The notes under the pieces were generated by a model. The model did no database searches, had not been told where the DNA came from, and saw nothing but the letters and a program-made list of their open reading frames with translations. Positions 26,801-41,800 of a DNA stretch of 64,000 nucleotides are shown piece by piece. The position numbers were made by a program, and so were the translations under genes. This DNA comes from Pecten maximus (taxonomy: Eukaryota). The DNA lies in assembly GCF_902652985.1 (NCBI RefSeq), contig NC_047021.1:22878001-22942000 (forward strand), given 5' to 3'. The first letter of the stretch is position 1, and every line of letters begins with the position of its first letter.

Positions 26801-29800
26801 TTCACTCTGTATATACAATGTGATTGACCTCCTAGGCAAAATGTCAAGGATACTTCACCAGAGTCCAAACATATGTCGAAACAGATTTTTACGCCACCAA
26901 AAAATATAGGGCAGACATAGTTTTTTTGGGAGAATTGCATTTTGAAACCCATTGAAAATGAAACGCTCCATGTAAATGCTTAGATATTAAAAATCACGAA
27001 AGCTAGGTGATAATTTTTGTTTTTTTTTTTCTATCAAACTTTGTTAACTGGTTTTCCACATTGAAACCAATGTATCAAATGGACAGTTACGTGTATATTA
27101 CAGATCAGATCTAGCGGCGATTTCTATTTAATTTTTAGAATACCATGTACCTTCTAATTTTCAAACATTTATCTACTCTTAATTCATTTTTCTTTTTCAT
27201 TGTAATCTTTATTATTTTGGAGAAAATAAAGAATTGAATTGACCTTTGCCTGAAGGTGATTTCATCTGATTGGGGTGCATATAACTGTTAAAGGACTGAA
27301 ATACCACAGTATAGTATTTATAGTGAATATAAATGACACGGCTTTACAGGCAAACTTGATAATGTGCACTAGAGCACTATGTATGCCTGTGTCATTTATA
27401 TGACAAATACACTTCTTATAACAGGATATATGTCCTGCATATGTAGCAATAAATGTTAGATAAAATATTTGTTAGTAAACAAGTTTTAGAGTAAAGGTCA
27501 ATAAGTGCTTTCATTTTATTTTCATCCTTTAACTATCAATAGGCCAGATTCATTTTTGTGTTACTGTTGTAATGATATTAATTAAATGATAAAAACAAGG
27601 CAATTGTACAAAAAGATTAAATATTACACATAAAATATTTTATATGAAATATCATATATAAGGTAATATATTATATAAAATATATTATATATAAGGTAAT
27701 ATATATACGATAAGATATGATATATAAAGTAAGATATATAAGATGAAATATTATATTCAATGTATAAGGTCAGATATTATATATAAGATAAGATATTATA
27801 TATAAGATAAGATATTATATATAAGGTAATATATATATACAATGATATATAATATATAAAGTAAGATATATAAGATATATAGATAAGATATTATATATAA
27901 GGTAAGATATTATATATAAGATAAGATATTATATATAAGGTAAGATATTATATAAGGTAAGATAATATATAAGGTAAGATCATATATAAGATATGTGACA
28001 GGTGAACAGAACATGAGTTTTGTGTGATAATACGCATGGTATACCTTGACCAAAGTATCATAGCGTTATAACCGACTTAAACTATATGTGAGTCATAGAG
28101 AACTGTGAGCCAGTATTTCCATTAAGATGTCGACCACTTCACACTACTAGGTTTCCATTTGTGCTATATTAGGTGATAAGGGCTACAGTTATTCCCTTTC
28201 AAATCAACAAGACCCTGACTATAATTTATTTAACAAGGCATGTAAAACCGAAATGTGTACTGCTGCTTTCACAAATGGTAACTTGATGGTCAATGTTATT
28301 TACCGGTGTCAGGCAATAAACTAATTTGAGAGGATATTTAATGTTCAGGATCCATTTAAATTTGTATGAGTGTGTTCACCTCTCAACTCTCATTGAAAGT
28401 TATCCAACTTTTCTTTTTCTCTGCTGTTTTAATAGTCTTAGATTATATCTTTTGAGTAGTATATCAATAGATATTTTATCACTAGAAATCGTTCGGTTTA
28501 ATATCCAAGAGTTTTCTCGTGCTAACATTAAATCGTTCAAACAGGCAGATCTTACTCCATTGAAAAGGAAAGAGAAAGCTATTTAATAGAATTGGTCCAC
28601 AGCCACAAATGTTTGTGTTCAATAAAATTTAATACATTCAGTTCCTAAATGAATCTTCCAGATATTAGAAATGGAGGAATATACGTAGTTAACCTGAATA
28701 AAAACAAAAAAAGAAATAAATAACGAGTAAAATTGAAATTAAAGTGTTTATTTAATATGTCTGGTGCATGCAGCTTGTAATCCGGTGAGCGATTACGCTG
28801 GCTGGGGAAGTTCCTCTCAGATATGCTGACTTAGGGAATCTTTATACTCTTTGATCATGATATTGGTATTTGATTTTTTATTGAACTTGAAATGAAATAC
28901 GCCTTTAAGCCTTTACTACTGAGATTTTGCAATTCTTTAATGAATGTATTCAAACTCTTGGGTAAAATGATGCTTTAGTGAATTAATGCTGAAGTTATCA
29001 GGTTCATTTCTAATGCACTTATTGGCAGTAATGGCAGCTGATGGGCTTGTTTTCCGTTATAGAAATATTTCAATGAAAGAAAATACATTTAATGTTGAAC
29101 TGATCGACTAGGGCCTAATGTTGTATTAGCCTTATAACAATATATATTTATATCCAGCGTAGCAGTTGAGAGGTAGATGGTTGGATAATAGCAAGTTAAC
29201 GTTCTATGTTTTTCACAATTTGTCTTTTGGATAAGCATCTGTAGCATTCTTTGGAGTGGAGGTTCACAGTAGAGGCAGTATAGGTGAGGCAGTCCAATCC
29301 TTCACTGATGGACTTGGCACACGGCATGGTTGATGTTGCGGATCCGTGGAAACAACAGATTCCAAAACTTTATTTAACCAGAAAAGATGAAGAAAACACA
29401 TTGTAACCATTCTGTTGTTAGGCGAAAAACAAAATAAAGGTGTGTTTTTGAGAAATAAAGAAATGAACTTGTAATATGTCTTCCTATACACGCAGCTTAG
29501 AATGTGATTGAGTGAGCGCTCTGTTGTGGGTAAGCTGTATTGTCGGTCCTCCTGGTGCAGCAGGGCCTTTGATGATTGACAGGTGTGAGGAACAGGTGTA
29601 TTGGTCAGAGTAATGTTACCCATCATTACATCCCCTGTTGATCATTCCTATAATAACTACTGATTCCTGAGATCATTAGCACCTAAGTGACCACAAAACA
29701 CCAGCTGTGGCAGGGAGATAGCAGTAGCACCCAGCAAGCTCTGCCATCACACAACAAACTGTCCATCAAACTGTCCATCACACATCACACTGTCCATCAC

Positions 29801-32800
29801 ACTGTCCATCATGCATCACATTGTCCATCAGACTGTCCATCACAGATGATACTGTTCATCAAGGATCAAACTGTCCATTACACTGTCCATTCAACTGTCC
29901 ATCACACATCACACGACACATTGTCCATACCATATAACACTCTCTATCACACTGTCCATCACATATAACACTCTCTATCACACTGTCCATCACATATAAC
30001 ACTCTCTATCACACTGTCCATCACATATAACACTCTCTATCACACTGTCCATCACATATAACACTCTCTATCACACTGTCCATCACATATAACACTCTCT
30101 ATCACACTGTCCATCACATATAACACTCTCTATCACACTGTCCATCACATATAACACTCTCTATCACACCGTCCATCACAGAGAGAGAGAAAAAAGAATG
30201 ATATGAACTATAAGAATAATTTTACTTTAACCACATAAAATAATGACAAATAAAGAAAAAAAGGAAAAAACAAATGATTGCAAGAGTAATTTGATTATTA
30301 AAAAACATGGTACACTTTTTGGTATGATAATGTGAATTTTACAAATGATGAACAACTCTCCTGTAGGATGTGAATACTAAGAGACTATAGCGCCCTTGTC
30401 TGTTTTATAGTACAATATTTTATATAATTTTCACTGGAATTATTACTTTGATTTAAAATGTATTTTGACCTATATCTCATCATTTACAAATTGATATGAA
30501 AATCTTTATGAATGGAATTTTACATTGCTGGAGTTGAGTTAATGTGTGACTGAGAGAGATACAGGTCTGATAACAGCACAGGTGGTTTATACATAAGCAT
30601 ACTTGGAATTGTACAAACAGTACCTGCGTCAGAGTGCAGATGGGCATACACTTATACAAAGTCAGACTACTTGGTTTTTGTAGCAGCCTGACAGATTCTT
30701 ACAGAAAATGTTTATTTTTTTATTTTTTTATTTTCTGACTCCGTTTTGATTAGTATACAGTGCACAGTTCGGTCAGTAATAAAAAATAAAATCCGGAAAC
30801 TGGGTTAATTGATATTATAAAGATAGAATTGATATAGCATTATACAAACATGTTTCTATGTGGAATGATAGGATAGCTTCATCAGTTTAATATAACTATG
30901 ATGTTATCTTCACTTTTAAAATGACCAGGTGTGGAATAAATGCCAACCTTAATTGTAATTAGTTCAATGATTATACAGTAAATTATAGTCTGTACAAATT
31001 TATAACCGATGTGATTGCACTAAAGATATGGAATGAGTTAGTACCTTGTGGCTTAAAAGTACAAAAAATTAGATTTCTAAGGGAGATAATCCCTGATGGA
31101 AGGGGAGATAATCAGTGTTGAGTGACATCATTATTCCTGAGTTGCTGGCCTCCTGGACTGCTTGTTCTGTGATGTAACATTATCAGGTGTTGAGCCGACC
31201 AGTATCTCCACATAAAACAGGTTTTTCTGGCCCTCACTGTACACCCTAGTACCCCCCTCTACCAGGAATTATATTCGTATTTTATGTTTCTTCATGCATA
31301 GCATTGCAGAGGAAGCAGATACTCCTAGAACAGTGTTTTATTAGTGTGGAGTCTGGAACATTCGCAATGACAACAGACCTCTAGAGTAGAGGCCATGCAG
31401 CTCTAACCTGCTCTATAAAAGCCAGATGGGCTATACTGTATTCATGGAGTATGGACCACCTGTAAAACGTTAATTGTGCCATTGTATTTTTGGGTTCCCC
31501 GCTAGATAGTAATTTCTGGTGTAGTCTTCCCGGGACCAGGACTGCACACTCATGCAGTTCACAGATGTGAGAAACAATGGTGGAAACACTTCCGTTCAGA
31601 CTATACCTGTTACCAACATGTTTAATCGTGCCTGTATCTCCCCTTATCAATGTAATGACTAATGTAACCTCACATAGGTTTCCTGGCAGACATTCTTCTT
31701 CTTTATTAAGATATTGTAAAATCATAATTAAATTCCTGCATCATATTAAAGCAACATTTTGATCCTGTAGAACAGCATTTAAATCACCTCTTACTATTGA
31801 CACATTAAACTTGTATTAAGAGAGAATTCCGATCAAATAGGAACATACTCACTTAGATTTAAAACTATATATGCATAATTTGTAATGAAAATCTTTGTTG
31901 AATGGTGTGTTAATAATAATGGGTCGGAAACAAAATTTCTGACAACCCTATAATGGCTTCATCTCCAGAATTTGTCGATAATTTTGTAACAGTATGAAAT
32001 TATATTTGTGTAATTGGGTATTAGCTGGACTATGAAATATTCGGCTCAGATTATAGGTCCTGTAAACTGATTAGCTGATGAGGCGGGTGACAGTGCGTCC
32101 ATCTGTCGATGACCTGGGTGTCACAGGTATGGGTGTGGCAGAACATTTAACTCTGTTTTATCTTGACATCTAAACTGTTATAATTATCATTTTACTCAGT
32201 CAGTCAGATGATTGTCTTCCCTGAAGCCAAACTTCACAAGGGTATGCCTTGTTATAGTCATGGAAATGTAATATGATTACTCAGTGATTTCAGACCATCA
32301 CAAACGATTTAATGAATCATCTTGAGATGAGCCTTGTAAAGCAGCATGCTGTGATTACACAGATTAAATGTAATATAATACAAAGTCACCGTAACAAATG
32401 TAATATACTGTCACCATAACAAATGTAATATACTGTCACCATGACAACATAATACAATATCACCATGACATCATAATTCACGGTCACCATGACAATATAA
32501 TACACTATCACCATGACAACATAATACACTATCACATTGACAACATAATACACTATCACATTGACAACATAATACACTATCACCATGACAACATAATACA
32601 ATATCACCATGACAACATAATACACTATCACATTGACAACATAATACACTATCACATTGACAACATAATACACTATCACATTGACAACATAATACACTAT
32701 CACCATGACAACATAATACAATATCACCATGACAACATAATACACTATCACCTTGACAACATGATACACTGTCACCTTGACAACATGATACACTGTCACC

Positions 32801-35800
32801 TTGACAACATGATACACTGTCACCTTGACACACAAGTAACTATTACGGTACACTGACAAATCTGGTAAAGTCCATTTAGCGGCATATTGTATCTGGAATT
32901 TAAATTATTTCAAACTTACATTGAAAATTTGACATTTTAGAAGAGGCAAAATTCCTATGACACAGTCAGCGATGTGTCTAGCCACAATAATCAGATGATG
33001 TCACTGTGACTAAATAGCCAAGCTAGGATTGGCCTTGTAAGAAAAATCCGAAAAAAATATAGAAAATGTGCCGAGTGCACTGTTTTACGAGTTATCTTAA
33101 TTAATTCAGATATGTTGTTTATTACAAGGACTTTTCACAAGTAACTAAGCTGGCGTTTGTAACCATTTCCCGTGTTTATTTCTGGACTGTAATAATGTAC
33201 ACCAATGATGGTTAATAATAAAGAATTTTGTATCAGTTGGCATTTGTATAAGTCCTTTGATAGTCTTTATTTCTTTGTGATTCTATATGTAGATTAGACC
33301 CTAGATTTGGTGTGTGGAAACTGTAATGACAGGGTTTGGGGGACAGATCCTGGACTACCTCAGTAGTCTTTGATTTTCTGTTGGAACAGGGGGAGAAGTA
33401 GTGATTTAATGGTTGTTATGTCAGAGGAGGGGGAGAAGTACTGGTGATTTAATGGTTGTTATGTCAGAGGAGGGGGAGAAGTACTGGTGATTTAATGGTT
33501 GTTATGTCAGAGGAGGGGGAGAAGTACTAGTGATTTAATGGTTGTTATGTCAGAGGAGGGGGAGAAGTACTGGTGATTTTATGGTTGTTATGTCAGAGGA
33601 GGGGGAGAAGTACTGGTGATTTAATGGTTGTTATGTCAGAGGAGGGGGAGAAGTACTGGTGATTTAATGGTTGTTATGATACAGAGGAGGGGGAGAAGTA
33701 CTGGTGATTTAATGGTTGTTATGATACAGAGGAGGGGGAGAAGTAACACAGCTAGCAGATAAGCAGTGGTTGGTCCCTCTTCCCCAATGTTGCGGTCATT
33801 GGTCCCAGAATTCCATGTCACTGGAGTTTCTCTAGGCTGTCAGTAATATTTATCACCCTTGAGGCCACAAAAACACAATGTTAAGTGTTGATTGTCCCTA
33901 GGAATCGATGGGTGTCCTACCCAGTCTTTGTTATATGACATTGTTAGTCACTTGAGTGTTAAAACAAATGTCCAGGCAGCCCTCGGGTGGTGATGTTGAT
34001 GAGTTTTCCTCCTTCACACATTCTTGTGTGGTACTTGAGTTATATTACAACAGTTGTTTGTGCCTGTCAGGGAAGAATGATGTCAGACGTCCATGTCCCC
34101 CATTAGACCACAGGGGCCTGATAACAGGGCTGGTCAGGGGCAGATAACTGGTGCGTCCCCATCACACCACAGGGGCCAGGGGTCCAGATAACACAACTGG
34201 TCAGGGGAGCTAACTGTGGTACAATGACCGTGGGTGTATTGACCTGTGTTGGTACTTATTGACAGGTATGACGGTGTTGTAAGTGGGGAGAGATAGCATT
34301 GTTGTACTGTGAGGAGGGACCTGTCAGAGTCCTACTGGGCAGTCCAAACTTCCTGTGTCTTGGTGATCCAACCTTCCTAGATATCACACTCTTGATTGAT
34401 GTTTATAGTCTCAAAAACTACTTCTTATAGGAGTTAGTATTGTGGTGGTGAGATGGAATATGTATATTTTTTGGAAGGGGAGGAGATTAAGAAAAAGAAC
34501 ATTATACACCATGATATAATTATGACAGTTTGTAATAACCTTACAAAGAAACTCCTGGTAATTGCCCTCAAGTCTCGAACGTGTTAAATACCAATTAGTG
34601 TGTTATTACAATTAAGTCAATGTTTCCAACATACATTGTGTTAGTTTAGTGTCTGTTATTATTTTGAGCAGGCCATTACAGGGTAAAACATGCTATATTT
34701 TGAGCATTGCTCTGAACTCCCTGGCCAGACTGTAGGATATGGTTACCTAGTGGTCTATCCCCTTAATTGGTGTCTGATGAATTCTCCAAGGTTTTCATAA
34801 TGCCTTGGAGATCTGGCAGTTCCATTTAGCATACAATGACTGCTGTGGGTGTGACATTTCCTGGTGGTGCCAAGCTGTGTGATAAATTGGAATTTGAAGA
34901 GGCATCTTTTCAGTTCAAATGGAGAATGCAAGTAAAAGTGCTTTGATAAAAACTCTGGATACCTGTTTAAGTAAGAGCTCAAGGCAGGTCAGGCATGCTA
35001 ACATGCTGTCTGTAAATGCTCCCTGAAATTAGCTTCTTGCTCAAAGATAGAGATGAAGAAGATGAGGCATTTGAAAGGATCATATTTTTGAATTTTGAAT
35101 ACAGAGTTATTTTTGTTGGCAATGTGAACCATTACCTCACTGATCTGTACACACGGGTCAGGATGAGCACCATTGATGTCAACACACAGTAGGAACAAGA
35201 TTCTCACCTTTTCTCATCGCCCTTTGGTGGTGTTTTTTCCTTCAGAATTTATGACCATTGTTATGAGCTCCATATGTACAAGAGCAAAGAGGGGGTTTGG
35301 TGTCCATGGCTTACTGCACATTAAATTGGAAACACTGGCGATGAGCCGCTGATTTTCACTGTTTCGTGCTGGGACATACAATCTAGCAGATAGGCAGTGT
35401 ATCAGAGTAGTGTTGGCTGTGGATCAGCAAATCCTCACTTTTTATAGACAGATTAATTTAAAGGTTCCAGGATTTGTTGGAAAAAAAAGTTGGGGCATCT
35501 GCTGAATTGTTGTATTTAGGTGCAGGAGATCACTAATATTAGGTAAAAAACAACTTCAAAAATAACACATGCTTCAAAAAAAGTTTAATTTGGTAATTCA
35601 TTGGAGGAAATGGTTCTGATTTTTTTGTTGTAAAAAAGTTATAAACTAGAAGATGTTTTATCTTGGATATCTTGTGAGGATTTTACATGTATTATTTTTT
35701 TTTAGGTTTATGTCAGTGAGATCTGTACATCTAAGATCTGATGAGAACTCATCAGATAGCACAACACTACCAGTTCTCATAGTACACATTATCCTGTATG

Positions 35801-38800
35801 TGTACACAAATGAAAACAAACTTTTTTTATCAGATTAAAAACCATCAACACAATATTTCTATGATGATGGTGATAGGAATTAGATGTGTGGTAAAAATGA
35901 TAGTATGTTATCGAAGCTATAGCTGTTTGATTGGACGTGGCGTAATCAGAGGTAGTATTGGCCCTATAGTGATAGATGTATTGATAGCCATCGTGTACCT
36001 GTTGTGTACCTGTCCTGTACCTGTACTGTAACTGTCATTGGTGTGATATCGGAGCGCCCCTCACCATTGACACGCCAGAGCCCTGTCTAGTGGGATATAT
36101 CGTAGATAACTCACAGATACGTTTGTCGGCGGTATTACCTGATCAATGTTTTCTGTGTAGTTTTATCTTAAATCTGTATTTAAAATACCAAGTGTCTCCA
36201 TTGAAAAAAAGGAGTCATAAAAATGTACTCTAATTCTTGTTTCATTCATAGAATTGTGGGGTTGATAACTTCAGGTTATAAATAGTCAATGTTGTGAACA
36301 GGATTCTCCTAATACATTGTATTATACTGGAGTAAATCGTTTGATCGGGACAGCGTAGTTAGATAGGTCAGTCTGACTTTAATGGGAGATACACACTGTA
36401 TGACCCGTGATATCCCTGTAATATCCGTCAACTATGTTGTAATGGAAATGCTGCCTATCAAGCCAATTTTCACATCAGCAAATATTATTCAACGTTCAAA
36501 TCTCTTGACTTTTCTGAATTCCGTATTAAAATTTTGTCATTTCCTTTGTGAATGAATGAAGGAGATGTGATCTGGGTGGGATATAATCTTTACCATTACA
36601 AAGATAGTATCTATGTAGGATGTCTTTCATTACTCGTGTTATTGTAACACCCGGCTGTTTTTCAAATGGTAATATTGTGCCAACTCTATACATTATAGGA
36701 TTTTTGAATTTGACTCCAGTCTGATATTCATTCCCAGTGTTGTGTATTGAGTTTTCAGCATTAAAATGTACCAAATGACACCTGGCTGTGACAATAGGAA
36801 GTGTGACACGGCATCAATATTTCTCTACTATTCAAAAGTCTCAGTAGCCCGAATATTGACACTGTGTTATCGTCTGTCTGTTGTTAGTTGACGGTCACCA
36901 AGATTGACTCACAATTACCGAGATTGACTCACAATTACCGAGATTGACTCACAATTACCAAGATTGACTCACAATTACCGAGATTGACTCACAATTACCA
37001 AGATTGACCCACAATTACCATGTTTGTATTGTTGGTTCAAAGTCACCAAATATCAGTTCACAGATACCAAGGCTGTGTATAATAAGGTCACCTGTACATT
37101 GTACAATCACTGAGGCAGTCTGTCATTGGGGTTCACAATTAATTAATATTGAGGGGGGAGATCACACAGGCTGGAGACTGAATATTGAGGGCAGAACACA
37201 CAGACTGGAGACTGAATATTGAGGGGGGAGAACACAGGCTGGAGACTGAATATTGAGGGGGGAGAACACACAGGCTGGAGACTGAATATTGAGGGCAGAA
37301 CACACAGACTGGAGACTGAATATTGAGGGGGGAGAACACAGGCTGGAGACTGAATATTGAGGGGAGAACACACAGACTGGAGACTGAATATTGAGGGCAG
37401 AACACAGGCTGGAGACTGAATATTGAGGGGGGAGAACACAGGCTGGAGACTGAATATTGAGGGCAGAACACACAGACTGGAGACTGAATATTGAGGGGGG
37501 AGAACACAGGCTGGAGACTGAATATTGAGGGGGAGAACACACAGACTGGAGACTGAATATTGAGGGGGGAGAACACACAGACTGGAGACTGAATATTGAG
37601 GGGGGAGAACACACAGGCTGGAGACTGAATATTGAGGGCAGAACACACAGACTGGAGACTGAATATTCAGGGGGGAGAACACAGGCTGGAGACTGAATAT
37701 TGAGGGGGAGAACACACAGACTGGAGACTGAATATTGAGGGGGGAGAACACAGACTGGAGACTGAATATTGAGGGGGGAGAACACAGACTGGAGACTGAA
37801 TATTGAGGGGGGAGAACACAGGCTGGAGACTGAATATTGAGGGGGAGAACACAGGCTGGAGACTGAATATTGAGGGGGAGAACACACAGGTTGTTATTGT
37901 TTGGGTGTTCTATAAAGGATAAGTGCAATAAGGTCATCTTGTAGATATACCAGTTTCTCATCAGCCAAACTCAACAACACACCTGGTCTTTATGAAGGTT
38001 TTATAGATTTCTTGAATGAGTTACTGACCAATTCATGGCAAATACATACACAGACCTTGTGTAAATTTTTACAACTGACCACCAAGTACCCTGGAACTTG
38101 ACCTGATTACCCTGGTATAGTGGTACATTAAGAGGCAGCTTGGTGATATCTACTGGTGTACATAATTGTCACAGAAAAATTGGGTGTATATCACTATCAC
38201 ATACAGGGTAGTCACCAACTGTTTAGTCGCATACAGGGTAGTCACCAACTGTTTAGTCATCACTATCACATACAGGGTAGTCACCAACTGTTTAGTCACA
38301 TACAGGGTGGTCACCAACTGTTTAGTCACATACAGGGTAGTCACCAACTGTTTAGTCATCACTATCACATACAGGGTAGTCACCAACTGTTTAGTCACAT
38401 ACAGGGTAGTCACCAACTGTTTAGTCACATACAGGGTAGTCACCAACTATTTAGTCACATACAGGGTAGTCACCAACTGTTTAGTCGCATACAGGGTAGT
38501 CACCAACTGTTTAGTCGCATACAGGGTAGTCACCAACTGTTTAGTCACATACAGGGTAGTCACCAACTGTTTAGTCACATACAGGGTAGTCACCAACTAT
38601 TTAGTCACATACAGGGTAGTCACCAACTGTTTAGTCGCATACAGGGTAGTCACCAACTGTTTAGTCGCATACAGGGTAGTCACCAACTGTTTAGTCGCAT
38701 ACAGGGTAGTCACCAACTGTTTAGTCACATACAGGGTAGTCACCAACTGTTTAGTCACATACAGGGTAGTCACCAACTGTTTAGTCGCATACAATTCTAT

Positions 38801-41800
38801 CAATAACAGAAAATAATCTAAATATACCATACAATAAAACCTACTCATCTTGTTTTATCCCAACACTCCTCTTATTAGGACACATATGACCTCTATAATC
38901 ACTCTATAATCATCCTTGCTTCACACTAAAACATACTGGTATAATCTGCAGTTAATTTCAGAGACTGTAATACAACATTACATAATATCAACATGTTTCA
39001 TATCCAGATGGTTTGTATGTAGAGTTGCTGAATTTTTATTTTTGTCCTATCTTTAGTAAATCGTGATTCTGAATAACATCTTAAGTGTTAACACATAATT
39101 TGTATGATTTTGAATTTCAGGTTTATCATCTTTTTCAATCATTGGAAATTTATATCGTTTTGCTGCTTTTTGCCAATCAGTATATAATCATGTGGGGATT
39201 TGTGATAACTAGGAACCAGCTACGTAACCCCATTCATGTTAGCCATGTGATACTATCATGTACCGCACAAATAACGCGATTTCTCTGTTTATTTTCAGAC
39301 AGGATATCTGTAGATCGCCTCAAAAATGTGATACTCTAGGTAAGTAAGGCAGAGTATTTATTATCATTTCTTGATACAGATTTCTCAAAATAGATCGTCT
39401 AGATCAGCAGAACACGTGTTTGTATAGTGAAAATACCTCCATTGAAATTTTATAACAAACCTGAGGTAAGGGAGTCTAGATTTTGTTTCAGTAATTCCTC
39501 TTTGATCTGTTTTTATTAATCCACAATAAAACATTAAGATTCCTGTGAAGTATAATGTTACTATTGAGCAAGATTCAGAGGGAATTACCAACACTTTGTG
39601 TGCTCCTGATTCACATGTTTTTAACCGCCTCAGTCCCGAGTCAATGATTTTAACCACACTAAGTCTGTGACCTCTTTAGTCCCGAGTCAATGATTTTAAC
39701 CACACTAAGTCTGTGAACTCTTAAGTCCTGAGTCAATGATTTTAACCACACTAAGTCTGTGACCTCTTTAGTCCCCAGTCAATGATTTTAACCACACTAA
39801 GTCTGTGAACTCTTAAGTCCTGAGTCAATGATTTTAACCACACTAAGTCTGTGACCTCCTTAGTCCCGAGTCAATGATTTTAACCACACTAAGTCTGTGA
39901 CCTCTTTAGTCCCGAGTCAATGATTTTAACCACACTTAGTCTGTGACCTCTTTAGTCCCGAGTCAATGATTTTAACCACACTTAGTCTGTGACCTCTTTA
40001 GTCCCGAGTCAATGATTTTAACCACACTAAGTCTGTGAACTCTTTAGTCCCGAGTCAATGATTTTAACCACACTAAGTCTGTGAACTCTTTAGTCCCGAG
40101 TCAATGATTTTAACCACACTAAGTCTGTGACCACTTTAGTCCCGAGTCAATGATTTTAACCACACTAAGTCTGTGAACTCTTTAGTCCCGAGTCAATGAT
40201 TTTAACCACACTAAGTCTGTGAACTCTTTAGTCCCGAGTCAATGATTTTAACCACACTTAGTCTGTGACCTCTTTAGTCCCGAGTCAATGATTTTAACCA
40301 CACTAAGTCTGTGAACTCTTTAGTCCCGAGTCAATGATTTTAAACACACTAAGTCTGTGACCTCCTTAGTCCCGCGTCAATGATTTTAACCACACTAAGT
40401 CTGTGACCTCTTTTAAAGTCCCGAGTCATTTAGTTATTAAGTTACTGATTTACCATCCACATGACTCCACCTATCTTTAGGTCCCCCTGACTATTAGTCA
40501 GTGTCCTGTTACCATGTTTTAAGTCTGTTTTAAACCTATTGATCCGGACCTTTAAGTTTGGCACCTTTTTAGCCTTGTATCAATGTTTCCAACCTTTTAG
40601 GGCCTTGACCTGTTCAAATAAAAACTGACCTCAGATCCTGATATATGCCTGTTTCACCTTAAGGACTTTAGGTGATGAGGACTATGATAAAACCAAGTTC
40701 CTTCCTGAAGGTTACCTGTGTATCCTTTCCTCCTCTGTAGTAAAAACCAACTCTATTGAGATGATCTATACACTAATATACCCAGATATGCCCAGCTTTA
40801 CCAGACCACCTGCCTGGAGGGATGAAATTCTGACAGAAAAGGTGGTCTTTCACAACAGATACAAATACAGGAACCACTTACTGGGTGGTACGTCAATGCT
40901 GTACATAGGAGTAGGACATTGGATAGCTGTCTTATTAACAAGTGGTCTCTCAAGAGGGCTAGGTCTCCTCCTCCCGATAGGACTGTTACACGACTGGGTT
41001 TATCACTGTACCCAACAGTCGTCTCCTGCCTGTTTCATTGTTCTGTGTTTGTTCTGTCAGTCATGTAGGCAGGGGTAAGTGAGGTTCTAGAGGATATACT
41101 TACCCAGTAGGCTTGCTGACGTCACGTTTTGCTGACGTAACATCTTTAATAATATGTGTCTGAAAAAACTCATAAAACAATTGACATTAAATACTTAATC
41201 TTTGTGTTTCTGTAGACAATATCTGTCTAGGGCCAGGAAGCTACTTCATAGACTTGGTACTACCCAGACAGAGCAAGTTGTATCGCTATCTAATCAAGAC
41301 TTGACACTCGCTCTTGACCTTTGACCTTAAGCGGACCCTATCTCACATCAGCCTCACTTCACAGTCCAGAGCAGAACCTGAAGACATCAACTGTTACATT
41401 AAAACTGTTACATTAAAACGGTTATCATTGAACGATGATGTCAGCAATATACCCCACTTTAGGGTGATAAATTGTTGTTTGATTTTATCATCAAAAGCAG
41501 TGTGGGGTACCTAAAATTACTTATTCTTCTTAAAATAGGGCAATCATATTTTATTGGCGTAAGATATCTTAACAAGATGACACAAATTTAATACTTACTT
41601 CTGCCCTATGTAACTTTATTTAATGTTGAAGAATATAGTTCATAGTTTGAAATGCCCATTGCTCTGGCTTTGTAAGGTTTTCAGTGAAGATAGAGAAATG
41701 CCCATTGCCCTTCAGAGTAATGTGCCGATTGCCCTTGCTTTGATGTGTTCTGATGGGAGTGAAATGTGCGTTTCTCTCGCTTTGTCCTTGGTTTTACTTC

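Larger units (their letters stand above)
11095..39298 (+). other. 28.2-kb phase-2 intron within the catalytic domain
   Basis: GT at 11095 and AG at 39297-39298; the flanking exons join to give conserved LMTR-QDIC. Confidence 0.85.

Noticed and set aside
32386-32859. Cys-rich (CCQGDSV)n and Val/Tyr-rich ORFs resembling metallothionein or structural proteins
   Set aside because: Artefacts of a 24-bp tandem repeat read in two frames.
12000-36800. Scattered 100-140-aa ORFs in the giant intron (for example 15781-16149, 23081-23506, 26536-26952, 31381-31725) as a nested gene or transposon
   Set aside because: No recognisable domain, no RT, transposase or integrase motif, and no consistent exon chain. 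A degenerate element cannot be excluded without a search.
37139-38848. Long ORFs (169-272 aa) on both strands
   Set aside because: They are translations of the ~35-bp and 30-bp minisatellites, open in several frames, with no domain or splice support.
39632-40428. Regular repeats suggestive of a CRISPR array (also other arrays)
   Set aside because: Head-to-tail units with no unique spacers, no cas genes, and a eukaryotic intron context.
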